A program made the translations under genes and the position numbers. From the NCBI RefSeq assembly GCF_046119375.1, contig NW_027362769.1, forward strand, positions 410,440,001-410,504,000: a stretch of DNA of 64,000 nucleotides, given 5' to 3'. Shown here in pieces: positions 1 through 12,600 of this stretch (its first letter is position 1; every line of letters begins with the position of its first letter). The notes beneath the pieces were generated by a model that saw only the letters and a program-made list of their open reading frames with translations, ran no database searches and was not told where the DNA came from. This DNA is from Phyllobates terribilis (Eukaryota).

Positions 1-201
1 CTACCCCTGCCAGCCGACCTTCCGGAGGCTTTTTCCCCGTTACCAATGCCCGGCCTTCATCTGATGCCTGCAGGTGTTATTTCTGCAACCAGACCGGTCA
101 TCTTAGCGCCACTTGCCCAGAGAAGCAGAGGAAGAACCCCCCCATCCAAGGCCCCAGGGCCTAATGCATCAGTTCTTTTGGTGGGTGGGCCGGTTGGGAG
201 G

Positions 202-3200
202 GCCTGTGAAAACTTTCAGTCTGTCAGGGTGGGGGACACTCTCACTGTAGGCCTCAAGGACACTGGGGCCGAACGAACCCTCATCCGACCCGAACTGGTG
301 TCCACTGAAGAGCTTATTCTGGGAAAGACCCTGACTGTCACCGGGATTGGGGGCGTCCGATGCCCCTTGCCCATTGGGGTGCGGGGAGTGGGGTGAAGGA
401 AGTGGGAGTATCCAAAAACCTACCTGCAAATGTTTTGTTGGGAACTGATTTGGGGAGGATGCTTGCTTATTATGTCCCTAACACCCCTCCCGATCTGATA
501 CGGTTGGTAAGGTTAATGCTAATAATGGGAATGTCAATGCTTTACCTGATGATGATGATGATGATGATGATGATGTATTGGAAGGTGCAGGAGAACTCAG
601 CCATGTCACGCTGCGGGGTGATGTTGCTGAGGATCCCCTAGCAGGAGCAAGTGTCAGTGCTAAGGGTAATGGGGAGAGGCACGAGGACCAAGAAGCAGGT
701 GGTGCTGTGCCAGTGACCAGTGTCACAACAGAAGGTGACCTGGCTGATAGTCGCTGCCCCATACGAAGCACTGTGCCTGAGGTAATGGAGGAGGATGGGG
801 AAATAGTACTCATAGCCGCACAGGCTGATGGGACGGTGTTATTCCCCGGGGAGACGGCCTATATATCCGCTGTTACCCGCAGTCAGAGTGCCCAGAACGC
901 AAGTAACGCCCTGCCTTCTGGACCCCCCTCGGACAGAGGAATAACAGGATCAGGTATGGACCCAGAGCCGGTTCCAGAGGGTCCCAGTGAGGACGTGGCC
1001 TTAACCTCACTTCTGGCTTCCTCCAGCCAGGAGTTTCAGGCAGCTCTTCACTCAGATGCTAGCCTGGAGACGTTAAGGAGCCTCGCTGAGAAACCCACCT
1101 CCGAGTCGGATAAGGAGAGGGTATTCTGGGACCAAGGGAGGTTGTACCGGGAGACAGTTCCCTGTACACCCCAACAGGAGTGGCTGAGGGAAAGACAGCT
1201 GGTCGTCCCCTACCAATTCAGGGATGAGTTGTTGCGGGTCGCCCATGAAATTCCACTCGCAGGACACTTGGGGGTCAGCAAAACCAAGGCCGAGCTGTCT
1301 CATCACTTTTATTGGCCCAAAATGAGGACAGATGTGGTGAACTACTGTCGCTCCTGTACCACGTGTCAAAGAGTGGGAAAGTCAGGGCCGGCCCCCAAAG
1401 CCCCCCTGATCTCTTTGCCAGTGATAGAGGAGCCTTTCCAGAGGATTGCTGTGGACATTGTGGGACCACTGGCCATGCCCAGCAGCTCTTCAAAACGTTT
1501 CATCCTTACCGTGGTAGACTATGCTACCCGGTATCCGGAGGCAGTAGCCCTGTCCTCAATTAGGGCGGATAAGGTGGCGGACACCCTCTTGGCCATCTTT
1601 TCGCGAGTAGGATTTCGCAGGGAGATGCTTACCAACCAGGGGACCCAGTTCATGTCACGCTTAATGGAGGCCCTATGTAAGAAAATGCAGGTGCAGCATT
1701 TGGTATCGAGTGCGTATCACCCCCAAACCAATGGTTTGAGTGAGCGATTCAACGGTACCCTCAAACAGATGTTAAAAATGCTGGTTGAGACCCAGGGTCG
1801 CGACTGGGAGCGTTACCTCCCACACCTGTTATTTGCTTACAGAGAGGTTCCACAGGCCTCGACGGGGTTCTCCCCCTTTGAGCTCCTGTATGGCAGGCGT
1901 GTCCGAGGACCCCTTGGGTTGATAAGGGAATTCTGGGAAGAAGAGCCGAGCTCCCCAGGAGTGTCCATCGTGGAGTATGTCATGCGCTTCCGTGACAAGA
2001 TGCAGACCTTGACGCAGTTGGTGCATGACAACATGGCGCAAGCCCAGGCTGACCAGAAGCATTGGTACGACCAGAACGCCCGAGACCGGACCTACCAGGT
2101 GGGTCAGAAGGTGTGGGTGCTGGTCCCCGTACCAAAGGACAAGCTTCAGGCGGCCTGGGAAGGCCCCTACGTCATTCACCAACAGCTCAACCCGGTCACC
2201 TACGTGATCACACTTGACCACGAGCGGGGTAGGCGGAAGGCGTTTCACGTTAATATGATGAAGGCTCGTCAAGAAGGTGGAACCTGCGTCCTACCGGTCT
2301 GCAACCTGCCCGAGGATGGGGAGGATGACCCCCCTCTTGGACATGCTCGCCCAAGCGAAGGCCAGCGGGTCCCTAGAGGATGTAGAGCTAAGCGACTTGC
2401 TATCCGCAGACCAGAGGTCTCAGATGCAAGCAGTGCTGAAACCCTTCCAAGCAGTGTTCACCAACCTGCCTGGCAGGACTGAAGTGGCGGTCCATGAAGT
2501 GGACACCGGGAATCATGCCCCACTCCGGCGGACAGCCTATCGAATCTCCGACGAGGTGCAGCATGTCATGCACCAGGAGGTCGAGGAAATGCTGCAGTTG
2601 GGGGTGATTAAGCGGTCCAAGAGCGCGTGGGCCTCACCTGTAGTCCTGGTGCCAAAGAAGGACCGGACCACCCGGTTCTGTGTGGACTACAGGGGGCCCA
2701 ACGCTATCACAGCCTCTGATGCGCAACCAATGCCACGCATTGAGGAGCTGCTGGAGCGGTTATCCAGTGCGAGCTATCTCTCCATTATGGATTTGAGTCG
2801 GGGATATTGGCAGATTCCCTTGAGCCCCAGGGCCCAGGAGAAGTCCGCCTTTATCACCCCCTTCGGATTGTATGAATCCACGGTCATGCCCTTCGGCATG
2901 AAAAATGCCCCTGCCACGTTCCAGCGAATGGTCAACCACCTGCTCCAGGGACAGGAGAGGTACGCAGTGGCGTACCTGGATGACATTGCCATCTTCAGTC
3001 CCACCTGGGAGGATCACCTCGAGCATCTGCAGCAGGTGCTCGGGCACATACACCAGGCGGGCTTGACCATCAAGCCGGGAAAGTGCCAGATGGGCATGAA
3101 CAAGGTCCACTACCTGGGGCACCGGGTAGGTTGGGGTACTCTGAAGCCAGAGCCTGGAAAGGTGGACGCTATCGTGTCCTGGCCCACCCCCAGGACCAAG

Positions 3201-3830
3201 AAGCGGGTGCAGTCCTTCTTGGGCACCGCAGGGTACTATAGATGCTTTGTACAGGACTATAGTAGCCTTGCGAAGCCCTTGACAGACCTCACCAGGAAGA
3301 GCCTACACCATTCTGTCAAGTGGATGGATGAATGCGAGGTGGCCTTTCGGGCTTTAAAGACTGCCCTGAGCAGCTCTCCTGTGCTAAAGGCGGTCGACGG
3401 CACACGGCCACTCTTAGTACTGACCGACGCCAGTGAGTTTGGCCTCGGTGCTGTACTCAGCCAGGTCGACTCGGGGAACCAAGAACACCCCGTGTTGTAC
3501 CTAAGCCGGAAACTGCTGCCGAGGGAAGTGGCCTATTCCACCATAGAGAAGGAGTGCCTGGCCATTGTATGGGCCCTCAACCACTTACAGCCTTACTTGT
3601 ACGGGCGCCCCTTCACTGTCGTGACTGACCACAACCCCCTGAGTTGGCTGCACACCATGTCAGGTGCCAATGGAAGGTTGTTACGCTGGAGCCTCACCCT
3701 CCAGCAGTAGCAGTACGACTTTACCGTTCAACACCGCAAAGGCAGCAAGCATGGCAATGCCGATGGGTTGTCCCGGCGAGGGGAGCCTCCAGACATCCGC
3801 TTGGAGGAGTACCAGAAGGTCCTACCTCCA
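202..3830 (+). pseudogene. Gmr1-like pol (PR-IN-RT-RH) with frameshifts
   Basis: PR split over two frames (46..396, 360..641). IN ORF 578..2482 has HHCC (GHLG, CRSCTTC), IAVDIVG, LTNQG (second catalytic D changed to N) and LSERFN. RT ORF 2277..3710 has YLDD and RNase H TDAS. Frame switches near 370, 490 and 2333; stop at 3708-3710. Confidence 0.9.
548..574 (+). repeat. (GAT)9 microsatellite encoding poly-Asp in the PR-IN linker frame
   Basis: Directly visible; in frame with ORF 578..2482. Confidence 0.9.
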
Positions 3831-3853
3831 TAGCGCAGTCTAAAAGGGGGAGG

Positions 3854-5044
3854 TGTCAGGCAAAAGGTATTTTTTCCCGAATTTTAAAAATGAGAGATGT
3901 TTTAAAAAAGAAAACCCCCCCACCCCCTATCCGTTTGTAAGAAGACATAGAACTGCAGTGCTGGCCCCCACCCTAAGAATTTTTATTAGCGTCGTAAACC
4001 CTCAGTGTAGCGCAGCTTCTAGCTCAAACTAGATTATTCCCTCCAAAATTCCCATTGTTTAAAAGCTTGTACAGTTAATGTAGAATTTAAAATCGCACAT
4101 GACGGTCACTAACCCAGGGACCAGATTTTTGGAATGTTCACATTTTCCTGGTTACAATTATATATTTTTCATAACTGGGATACCCCCAGAAATCGAGGAA
4201 TTGGTTTCTTAGCTTCTGAGCATCATAGAGAGGTCCTGTTTAATATCCATCTGCATGAAAATTAGTGACGGCCAACATGATGTCTCCATCTTGGATGTGG
4301 GACCCCCCCCCACACCAAGATATGAAACATGAAGATTTTTATGTTCTATGCAGCTGGGTGGTCTCACAAAGCCGAGCCCCCCTTGTGAGGTAAGTAATGG
4401 GTGTCTCCCAGAGTTTTGGCTGCTTTTCAAAAAAGCAAATCAGCTATTTTTAGGTCATTCTTCTCAGGGACGTCGAACGCACGCACACCATGCGGCGTAG
4501 AAGAATCACCTCTAATTTCCGGGGAGCCGTCCCCCCCACAGAATCTGAGACCATCACCTTGTGAAGCAGGTTTTGCTATTACTTATCCCTTTTATTTTAA
4601 TAACTGTTTATGCATATATGTAAATTGTCTCTTTTATAATATCTTGTATATCTTTTGTAAACACTGCCCACTTTCGGGAGTAAATCATTATTATTTACCA
4701 GCTTCGTTCTTCTTGTCCTATGTCGAGCAAACACGTTCCTCACCCGCTAATTCACGTTACCTACCAGGTACCCGATCCACCTGTTAAGCGATCGGTGGTG
4801 GCAGTATACCAGTATTTATGTGATATTGTGGTTTGAGGGTGGCTGGTCGGAGGTATATATACGTTCCTGGAAGGAACTGGGGGTATATATACGTCCTGTC
4901 ACATCACGTGCCGCAATAGTCGACATAAACTAGAGCAGCTGCGCCCGTGCTTATCCTCGGTCAATACCGTGTTTGACCAGCAGGATAAGGGGGCGCCAGA
5001 GAGCTGCAAGGTCTGATCCAAACGTGGGTGTTGTTTTCCTGACA
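3854..5044 (+). repeat. 3' LTR of the Gmr1-like element
   Basis: Starts TGTCAGGCAAAA after the PPT and ends TTTTCCTGACA (terminal inverted repeat); homologous to the solo LTR at 29822-31004. Confidence 0.85.
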
Positions 5045-5221
5045 GTGAGGCTAATAAAGAACTCAGCATTCAGAGCTCTGCTAGATCCTGCAGCAGAGAA
5101 AATAGGGATTGTACCAAAATGACAGCAAGAAGCCCAGTAAGTGACACATCGCGGTAAACACAGTCTCTACGCTACATCCTACTGCTCTCAGATTACATAA
5201 CAAACACCAGCTGATAGATTC

Positions 5222-5900
5222 TGTCAGGAATCACCCCAGGGACAACACCGGGGAGATCACGCAATATCTCACCGTGCCGTCACGCTGTCAGTATTTCGTC
5301 CAGAATCGCGAGCGCACGATCCAGACTACTCACTCCTTGGGCATTGGCAACCACGTAGAAATGGCATCACTCCTCCGACATTCCAGCTCCAGGAATATGG
5401 GTGTACGCCCCGTACGGTTGCTGCCGGCTGCACAATAGCCCAGTTACTAATATCATTCGCTGCCACCACCGGCCGAGTTTGAAATATAATACAGGCCTGA
5501 CGGGACGACTGCATTTTGGTAGCATAAATTAGAGGACAAAAGAAACAGAACTATTCAATTTTATATTTAATCCAAAAAGGAGGCAGTGTTTAGGAAAAAT
5601 ATATACAAGGATGCTACAAAGGAGACATTAAAATACCTAAGCAGTTACATAAATAAAACAGGATAAAAAAAAGAGAAACTTATACTATAAAGATCGCTGC
5701 GATGATTCAATATAGGTGGAGGAGGTTCTCCATTTACTGTTATCGAACAGGGTCATCCGCTATTATAGACGTATACTCCCGGGCAAAGAACACGGCTTCA
5801 GCCTCAATAAACTATTTTATGCTGAAAGAAGAGACCCCCCCAGTGATGACATCACAGGGGCTGGGCTCCACCCTTCAGATTTGTATTAAAAACCTGTTTT
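5222..5900 (-). mobile_element. Probable degenerate LTR-like repeat fragment
   Basis: 5810-5860 is similar, as reverse complement, to 53224-53280 (GTGATGTCATCAC...CATAAAA); boundaries not resolved. Confidence 0.35.
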
Positions 5901-6492
5901 TTGGGTTAACTCATCGCGCATTGATCCCAGAAGCCCAAAAGTGATATCATATTTTCTATTATGTTTTTACCTTCATGTAGAGACCACACATCGCATAGCT
6001 GCAGTCTGCTATTCTGGTGTTTTTGCGCTACAGCTCTCTGATTATGCTTACAGCCATGGAAAATTATGGATACATTCCTGGGCTGATTCTGCCACATCGT
6101 CGGACGCATGGAACTTACAATATTTCATATTTCGCTTCAGAGTCAAAGTGTCTGTAAACTTATTTTTGAAGCTCAGGAAACAAGTTTTCCCAGTTACACA
6201 CAAATTATGGCAATCCTGCCGCTAATTACCCCCTGGGTCTTCAGGGACAAGAGGCTGGCATTCTAAGTAGCTTGTAACACTTCTTGGCTGACAGCAGTTT
6301 GTTTAAGGCCTTATTCATGACTGTGTTAATTGGGGCTTTGTGCTGAGATTTTTATGGAGACAGCTTGATACTGAGAAAAGGGAGTAATGGTCAAAATCTA
6401 TGACAGGCTTTCAATATTCCTCAATATTTCCCTGACAGAATTCTCTGTAACTAAGTACTGTTAACAAATGTGATCCCAGATCTATATGTAAG

Positions 6493-6648
6493 ATAGATGA
6501 CACATTACCCCGGGTCTATACAGGATATATCATAGATGACACATTACCCCGGGTCTATACAGAATATATCATAGATGACACATTACCCCGGGTCTATACA
6601 GGATATATCATAGATGACACATTACCCCGGGTCTATACCGGATGTATC
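6493..6648. repeat. 39-bp tandem repeat, 4 copies
   Basis: Unit ATAGATGACACATTACCCCGGGTCTATACAGGATATATC starts at 6493, 6532, 6571 and 6610. Confidence 0.95.
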
Positions 6649-6653
6649 AATGA

Positions 6654-9581
6654 TAGTGTTGAGCATTCTAATACTGAAATATTGGGTATCGACCGATATT
6701 CGCGGTATCTGAGTTCCGATACTGAGTTCTGATACTTTTAGAATATCGAATACCGGAATCGGAAGTTCCCATAATGCCTGCGCTCTGCAGTGTCTCTGAT
6801 GGATGACAAGCTGGATGGCAGCGCTCAGCTTACTGTACTTGCCATTTATTGTTAAAGGATTTATTAAAAAAAATAATAGTGCTTTCATGCACCGTCTCTT
6901 TAAAAAAGCCGGCCGGCAATTCAGCAGCGGCATACACCGGTACCCGACAATTTAGAACAGAAAGAATAGAGCATCACACATAGATTACATAGATAGAAAC
7001 ATGTCAGTCACATATATAAGAAGTACAGTGACAGTGTTGGTTACTGTACTTGTCATTTAGTGTTAAAATAAAGGATTTATTAAAAAAAAAATTGGCGTGG
7101 AGTTCCCCGTAATTTTAGTCTCTAGCGGAGGTTAAGCAGACGGCTGGGGCAGATGTTTGAAGCCTGGGAAGGGGGTAATACCCACGGAGCTTCCCAGGCT
7201 ACTAATATCAGCCCCCAGCTGAATACCTAGACCTTTACTAGCTATTAAAATGGGGACCCCCCCCCCCCAAAAATGACGTGGGGTACCCCCTATTTTAATA
7301 ACTAGCAAAGGCTAGGCAGACAGCTGGGGGCTGATATTAATAGCCCAGGAAGGGAGCCATGAATATTGGCCCCCTCCCAGGCTAGAAACACCAGCCGTCA
7401 GCCGGCCCAGAAATGGCGAATCCATAGGATGCGCCAATTCTGGCACTTAGCCTCGCTCTTCCCACTGCCCTGTAGCGGTGGCAGTGGGGTAATAGGGCTG
7501 GGGTTGATGTCAGCTTATAATGCCAGCTGACATCAAGCCCAGGTTAGTAATGGAGAGGCGTCTATAAGACACCCCCATTACTAACCCCATAGTCAAAGTT
7601 ACAAAAAACCACAAACACCCAGAATAAAGTCCTTTAATTGAAATAAAGACACAATTCTTTATTGTTCTAAATTAAACCATACTTACCATCACGCCCATTC
7701 CAGCTGAAGCCAACGATCTCCTGCAATAAAAGTAAAATAATAAAGCAACCTCATCTTTACCTTTCCATGGTTCCCAGGACGGCTCCAGCTCTGCTACATT
7801 CACATGACAGGCTGGATCGCAGCAGAACGCTGCCATCCAGCTTGCCATGCCGCAGACACTGAGAAGCGCAGGCATGCTTGCGCTCCTCAGTGTCTGGCTG
7901 TGACGGCATCCAGATGAGCCGAGTTCATGTCCAATGAACTCAGGTCACCTCATGCACGTCACTGACAGCGTGGGAAAATTCTCCTGCTCAAGCGCTGAGC
8001 ACAGGAGAATTCTCCCACGCTGTCAGTGACGTGCATGAGGTGAGCAGAGTTCATTGGACATGAGCTCACCTCATGCACGTCACTGACAGAGTGGGAAAAT
8101 TCTCCTGCGCTCAGTGCTTGAGCAGGAGAATTTTCCCACGCTGTCAGTGACGTGCATGAGGTGAGCTGAGTTCATTGTCGGCTCATCTGGATGCCGTCAC
8201 AGAGAGACACTGAGGAGCGCAAGCATGCCTGCGCTTCTCAGTGTCCGCGGGATGACAGGCTGGATGGCAGGGTTCTGCTGCGGTCCAGCCTGTCATCTCG
8301 ATGTAGCAGAGCTGAAGCCGTCCTGGGTATCATGGAAAGGTAAGGATGAGTTTGCTTTATGATTTTTCTTTTATTGCAGGAGATCGTTGGCTTCAGCTGG
8401 AATGGGCGCGATGGTAAGTAGAGTTTAATTTAGAACAATAAAGAATTGTGTGTTTATTTCAATTAAAGGACTTTATTCTGGGTGTTTGTGTTTTTTTGTA
8501 ACTTTGACTATGGGGTTAGTAATGGGGGTGTCTTATAGACGCCTCTCCATTACTAACCTGGGCTTGATGTCAGCTGGCATTATAAGCTGACATCAACCCC
8601 AACCCTATTACCCCACTGCCACCGCTACAGGGCAGTGGCAAGAGCGAGGCTAAGTGCCAGAATTGGCGCATCCTATGAATGCGCCATTTCTGGGGCGGCT
8701 GACGGCTGGTGTTGCTAGCCTAGGAGGGGGCCAATATTCATGGTACCCTTCCTGGGCTATTAATATCAGCCCCCAGCTGTCTGCCTAGCCTTTGCTAGCT
8801 ATTAAAATAGGGGGGACCCCACGTCATTTTTTGGGGGGTTCCCCATTTTAATAGCTAGTAAAGGCTAGGTATTCAGCTGGGGGCTGATATTAGTAGCCTG
8901 GGAAGCTCCGTGGGTATTACCCCCCTCCCAGGCTTCAAACATCTGCCCCAGCCGTCTGCTTAACCTCCGCTAGAGACTAAAATTATGGGGACCCCCACGC
9001 CAATTTTTTTTGGGGGGTCCCCCATTTTAATAGCTAGTAAAGGCTATGTATTCAGCTGGGGGCTGATATTAGTAGCCTGGGAAGCTCCGTGGGTATTACC
9101 CCCTTCCCAGGCTTCAAACATCTGCCCCAGCCGTCTGCTTAACCTCCGCTAGAGACTAAAATTACGGGGAACCCCACGCCAATTTTTTTTTTAATAAATC
9201 TTTTATTTTAACACTAAATGACAAGTACAGTAAGCAACACTGTCACTGTACTTCTTATATATGTGACTGACATGTTTCTATCTATCTAATCTATGTGTGA
9301 TGCTCTATTCTTTCTGTTCTAAATTGTCGGGTACCGGTGTATGCCGCTGATGAATTGCCGGCTTTTCGCATAATACATTCTACATTATTCTTAGTTGTTT
9401 TCCTTCATGTAGAATTAACCTACAAGGAAAGAAAGGGTTTATTTTTATTCCGATATTTGTGTCCCATTGACTTGCATTGGTTTCCGGTATCGGAATCGGC
9501 GATATCCGATATTTTTTGGGTATCGGTCCGATCCAATCCGATCCGATATTTCCTGATATCGGAAGGTATCACTCAACACTA
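6654..9581. mobile_element. Non-autonomous hAT-type DNA transposon with a ~2.4-kb internal palindrome (fold-back)
   Basis: Terminal inverted repeats TAGTGTTGAG / CTCAACACTA; near-matching 8-bp flanks ATCAATGA / ATCATAGA; arms ~6903-7945 and 8164-9366 are reverse complements; no coding capacity. Confidence 0.75.
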
Positions 9582-9600
9582 ATCATAGATTATATATTAC

Positions 9601-9689
9601 CTCAGTTTCTCTCGATCTGGATCCGTATAATGACATATCGCTCTCATTTTCATGTTGTGAGTTTTTTGGTGTATGTTCTGAAATTTTAC
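9601..9689 (-). CDS. Linker exon 3 (G-KISEHTPKNSQHENESDMSLYGSRSRETE)
   Basis: CTTTCTGCTTGTTTTACAG acceptor, GAG|GTAATA donor, 89 bp, phase 1 to 0, open. Confidence 0.7.
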
Positions 9690-12600
9690 CTGTAAAACAA
9701 GCAGAAAGTTCCTTTTTATTTATTATCTATAATATACTGGGAGATGTTTCCCTCTGTCTGAAGCCTCTATAGACTGCGCAGTCTGGCTCCAGACAGAAGA
9801 CCGCACGGAGCCGTTACAGGTAAGAGGAGTGTATGGCACTGGGGATCGTGGTAGGTGTAGACACTGAATGCATACCGCGATCTCCGGTGCCATACTTACA
9901 TACCTGACCGGGAGGAGCGTTGCCGCGGCGCCTCTCTTCTCGCCTGAGACCGGGGCAGGAGTGAGGCGTCAGAATCGGCGCATGCACATAGCGCTATCCA
10001 GCGCCATTTTACTGTAGACACATTTGCAGTGTGTCTTCAGCAAAAAGGCGCCAGACAGCGCGGTATGGGCATGCGCGTACTCCGGCGCCACACTCCTCCC
10101 CCGGCCTCCAGCAGAACAGGACACCGCAACAGCTTGAGCACAGGGAAGAAAGGTGAGTATAAGTGTATATTTTTTTGTATGTGTGCAGTGTGAAAGGGAT
10201 GAGGGGTGTCATACATACCAGGATTGGGGGTGAGGGGTACCATACATACAAGGATGAGGGATGAGGGGTGCCATGCATACCAGGATTGGGGATGAGGGGT
10301 GCCATGCATACCAGAATTGGGGTTGAGGGGTGCCATGTGTACCAGGATTGGGGATGAGGGGGCCATGCATACTAGGATGGGGATGAGGTGTGCCATGCAT
10401 ACCAGGATTGGGGGTGAAGGGTGCCATGCATACCAGGATAGGGATGAGGGGTGCCATGCCTACCTGGATAGGATGGGGGCACAGGATGGGGGGCAGCACA
10501 TACCAGCATGGGAGACCATTTATCAATAAATATGCTCACCACCCGGGCATAGAATGGGTTCAGTAGCTAGTATCTTATAGTTCTCTATCTTCAGACTGTC
10601 CGTTATGTAACCAGACTGGTAAAACCTGATATTTCAGGAGAACCTGATGACTATTTTGGTTTTGCCATCTTTAATAACTCATCTATGAGCACAACACATC
10701 GCTTCTTTATTGGTTGTAGAGATTTAAACGTCTACTTCTTGTGTATAACGGTTGTAATATCGTCCTTCCCGGACTGTCCTATCTGAACTTCTCTCGCAGA
10801 CTCATCAGTGGGTCGTAGCTACCAGATATGAGACGATCTAATGATGAGTAATAAAGAGCGTTTTGTTTCATACCTGAAAGCTGAAGAAAATAATCCAGGA
10901 TCTTTGATTTTGCTGATTGTCCTAAGTTATCAGTCTTGTCTTCATATGAAATTAGAATCAGGTCACTGGCGTAATTGGCAATTGTCGGCTGCGAGAGAAG
11001 GATCTGGCTCTTCTTCCCATCACCGGAGTCCTCCAGATCATCAATTATCACAATTGTGTTCTTCTTCCCTGCAAATCAGTAGCTGGATTAGTGAGCTCCT
11101 CCTGAAGATCCATGTCTCCTCTACTGAAGATCCATGTCTCCTCTACTGAAGATCCATGTCTCCTCTACTGAAGATCCATGTCTCCTCTACTTTGGTTACA
11201 CATTAATGGCATAGTTCTATAGAGGACACGTGCCTCCAGATCAGACATCCGTGATGGCCTCCAAAATAGATGGTTGATCCCCCAACAATCATGTCTATGG
11301 GTAAAATATAACCTGTCCCTGCCATCTTCTGTAGGGAAACTCTTAATGGAAACATGTCGGCTACAAAAACACGAGCTACTTGTAAGTTTTTTTCTTTTTT
11401 CGCAGGTATATGGTGCTTAAATCATGTTCGGCTGGTTAATTGGAAGGGCGGCTACAGGGAGAAAATAAAGTTTTATCCTTCCTGCAACCTCTAGCTTCCA
11501 GATATAGGGATGGTAGAGGTAGCTGTAACATTCACAGCTCACTACACAGTGATCACTCCCTCTGCACATTGACTGACAGTCCGCTCTGCAGACACACACT
11601 GCTGCTGTTACATCTCCCTGCCCGTCCCTGATGTCAGAAAGTGATCGGCTGCAGGGTGATTATAACTTCATTTTCTCCCTGTAGCCGCTCTTCAGTTAAA
11701 CCAGACTTACATGATTTAAAAGTGATTTATCTGCAGATTATCCCCTATATCTGCGTATAAATTCTTGTTTTCTTTAATCCTTACACTATAAACTTATTGT
11801 AACATACCTGGCGGCGTCCTTGCATAGTGGTCCATCTCCCACTGTGCAAGAGCGCGCACTTGATCTCCTGTCCAGAATGTCTCTCTGGCTTTCCTCCTTG
11901 CTGTCTGTTTGTCTGTTTTGGCTGCATAGGGCGACGCCCGCTGAACTTCCTGTTTCTTGTACCTGCTGCGGACACGCCCCTGTTGCACCTTCAGCCTATT
12001 GCTGTCCATCTTTGGGTATTTATACCACCTTCTTCCTCAAGATGGCGCCTGAGCATAGTGTTTCTTTCAGTGTGTGCTTGCACTCTGAAGGTGCCAGGTC
12101 CCGTTCTGTGTTCTCTTGTCTGCCTATCCTGGAGGCTGTATTTCCAGACCTGTCTGAACACGCTCCTAGCCTGTTCCTCCTGCCTTCTAGGGGCCGATTA
12201 CCTAGACCTGTTCCTGTATCTTGTCTGACCTGTCTGAACACGCTCCTAGCCTGTTCCTCTCGCCTTCTAGGGGCTGATTACCTAGACCCGCTCCTGTATC
12301 TTGTCTGTCCTGTCTGAACACGCTCCTTGCCTGTTCGTCCTGCCTCTCTGGGGGCCGTATTCCCAGACCCGCTCCTGTATCCCGCTGCAGTGTCGGTCTC
12401 CTCCGTACACTCAGTTCCAGTCTGAACTCTCTCCTATCCTTTACCTGTTTTGCCTCTATGTCCGTTCCCTTCCTTTTTCTGCAGAGTCTGAACTCGTACC
12501 TAACTCCTGCTTGTTGTCTCTGTACTCCCGTTTGTGAGTTTGTGGTCCACTCGCTACTTCACTGCAAGTACCCTGTGGGTGTCTGGCTCTGCCTTTCCCT

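Larger units (their letters stand above)
1..5044 (+). mobile_element. Gmr1-like Ty3/Gypsy LTR retrotransposon, 5' part outside window, degenerate
   Basis: Domain order protease (LKDTGA, ~255-275) then integrase (578-2330) then RT/RNase H (2330-3830); IN before RT is diagnostic of the Gmr1 group. PPT AAAAGGGGGAGG at 3842-3853 is followed by an LTR. Confidence 0.9.

Noticed and set aside
5906-6480. Candidate next or terminal exon of the host gene after 9601
   Set aside because: Several weak acceptors lead to stops within a few codons, and there is no homology to exon A; cannot choose without RNA data.
10009-10529. ORFs with MAPLIP/HGTPHP repeats
   Set aside because: Translation of the 31-bp array inside the Helitron-like element.
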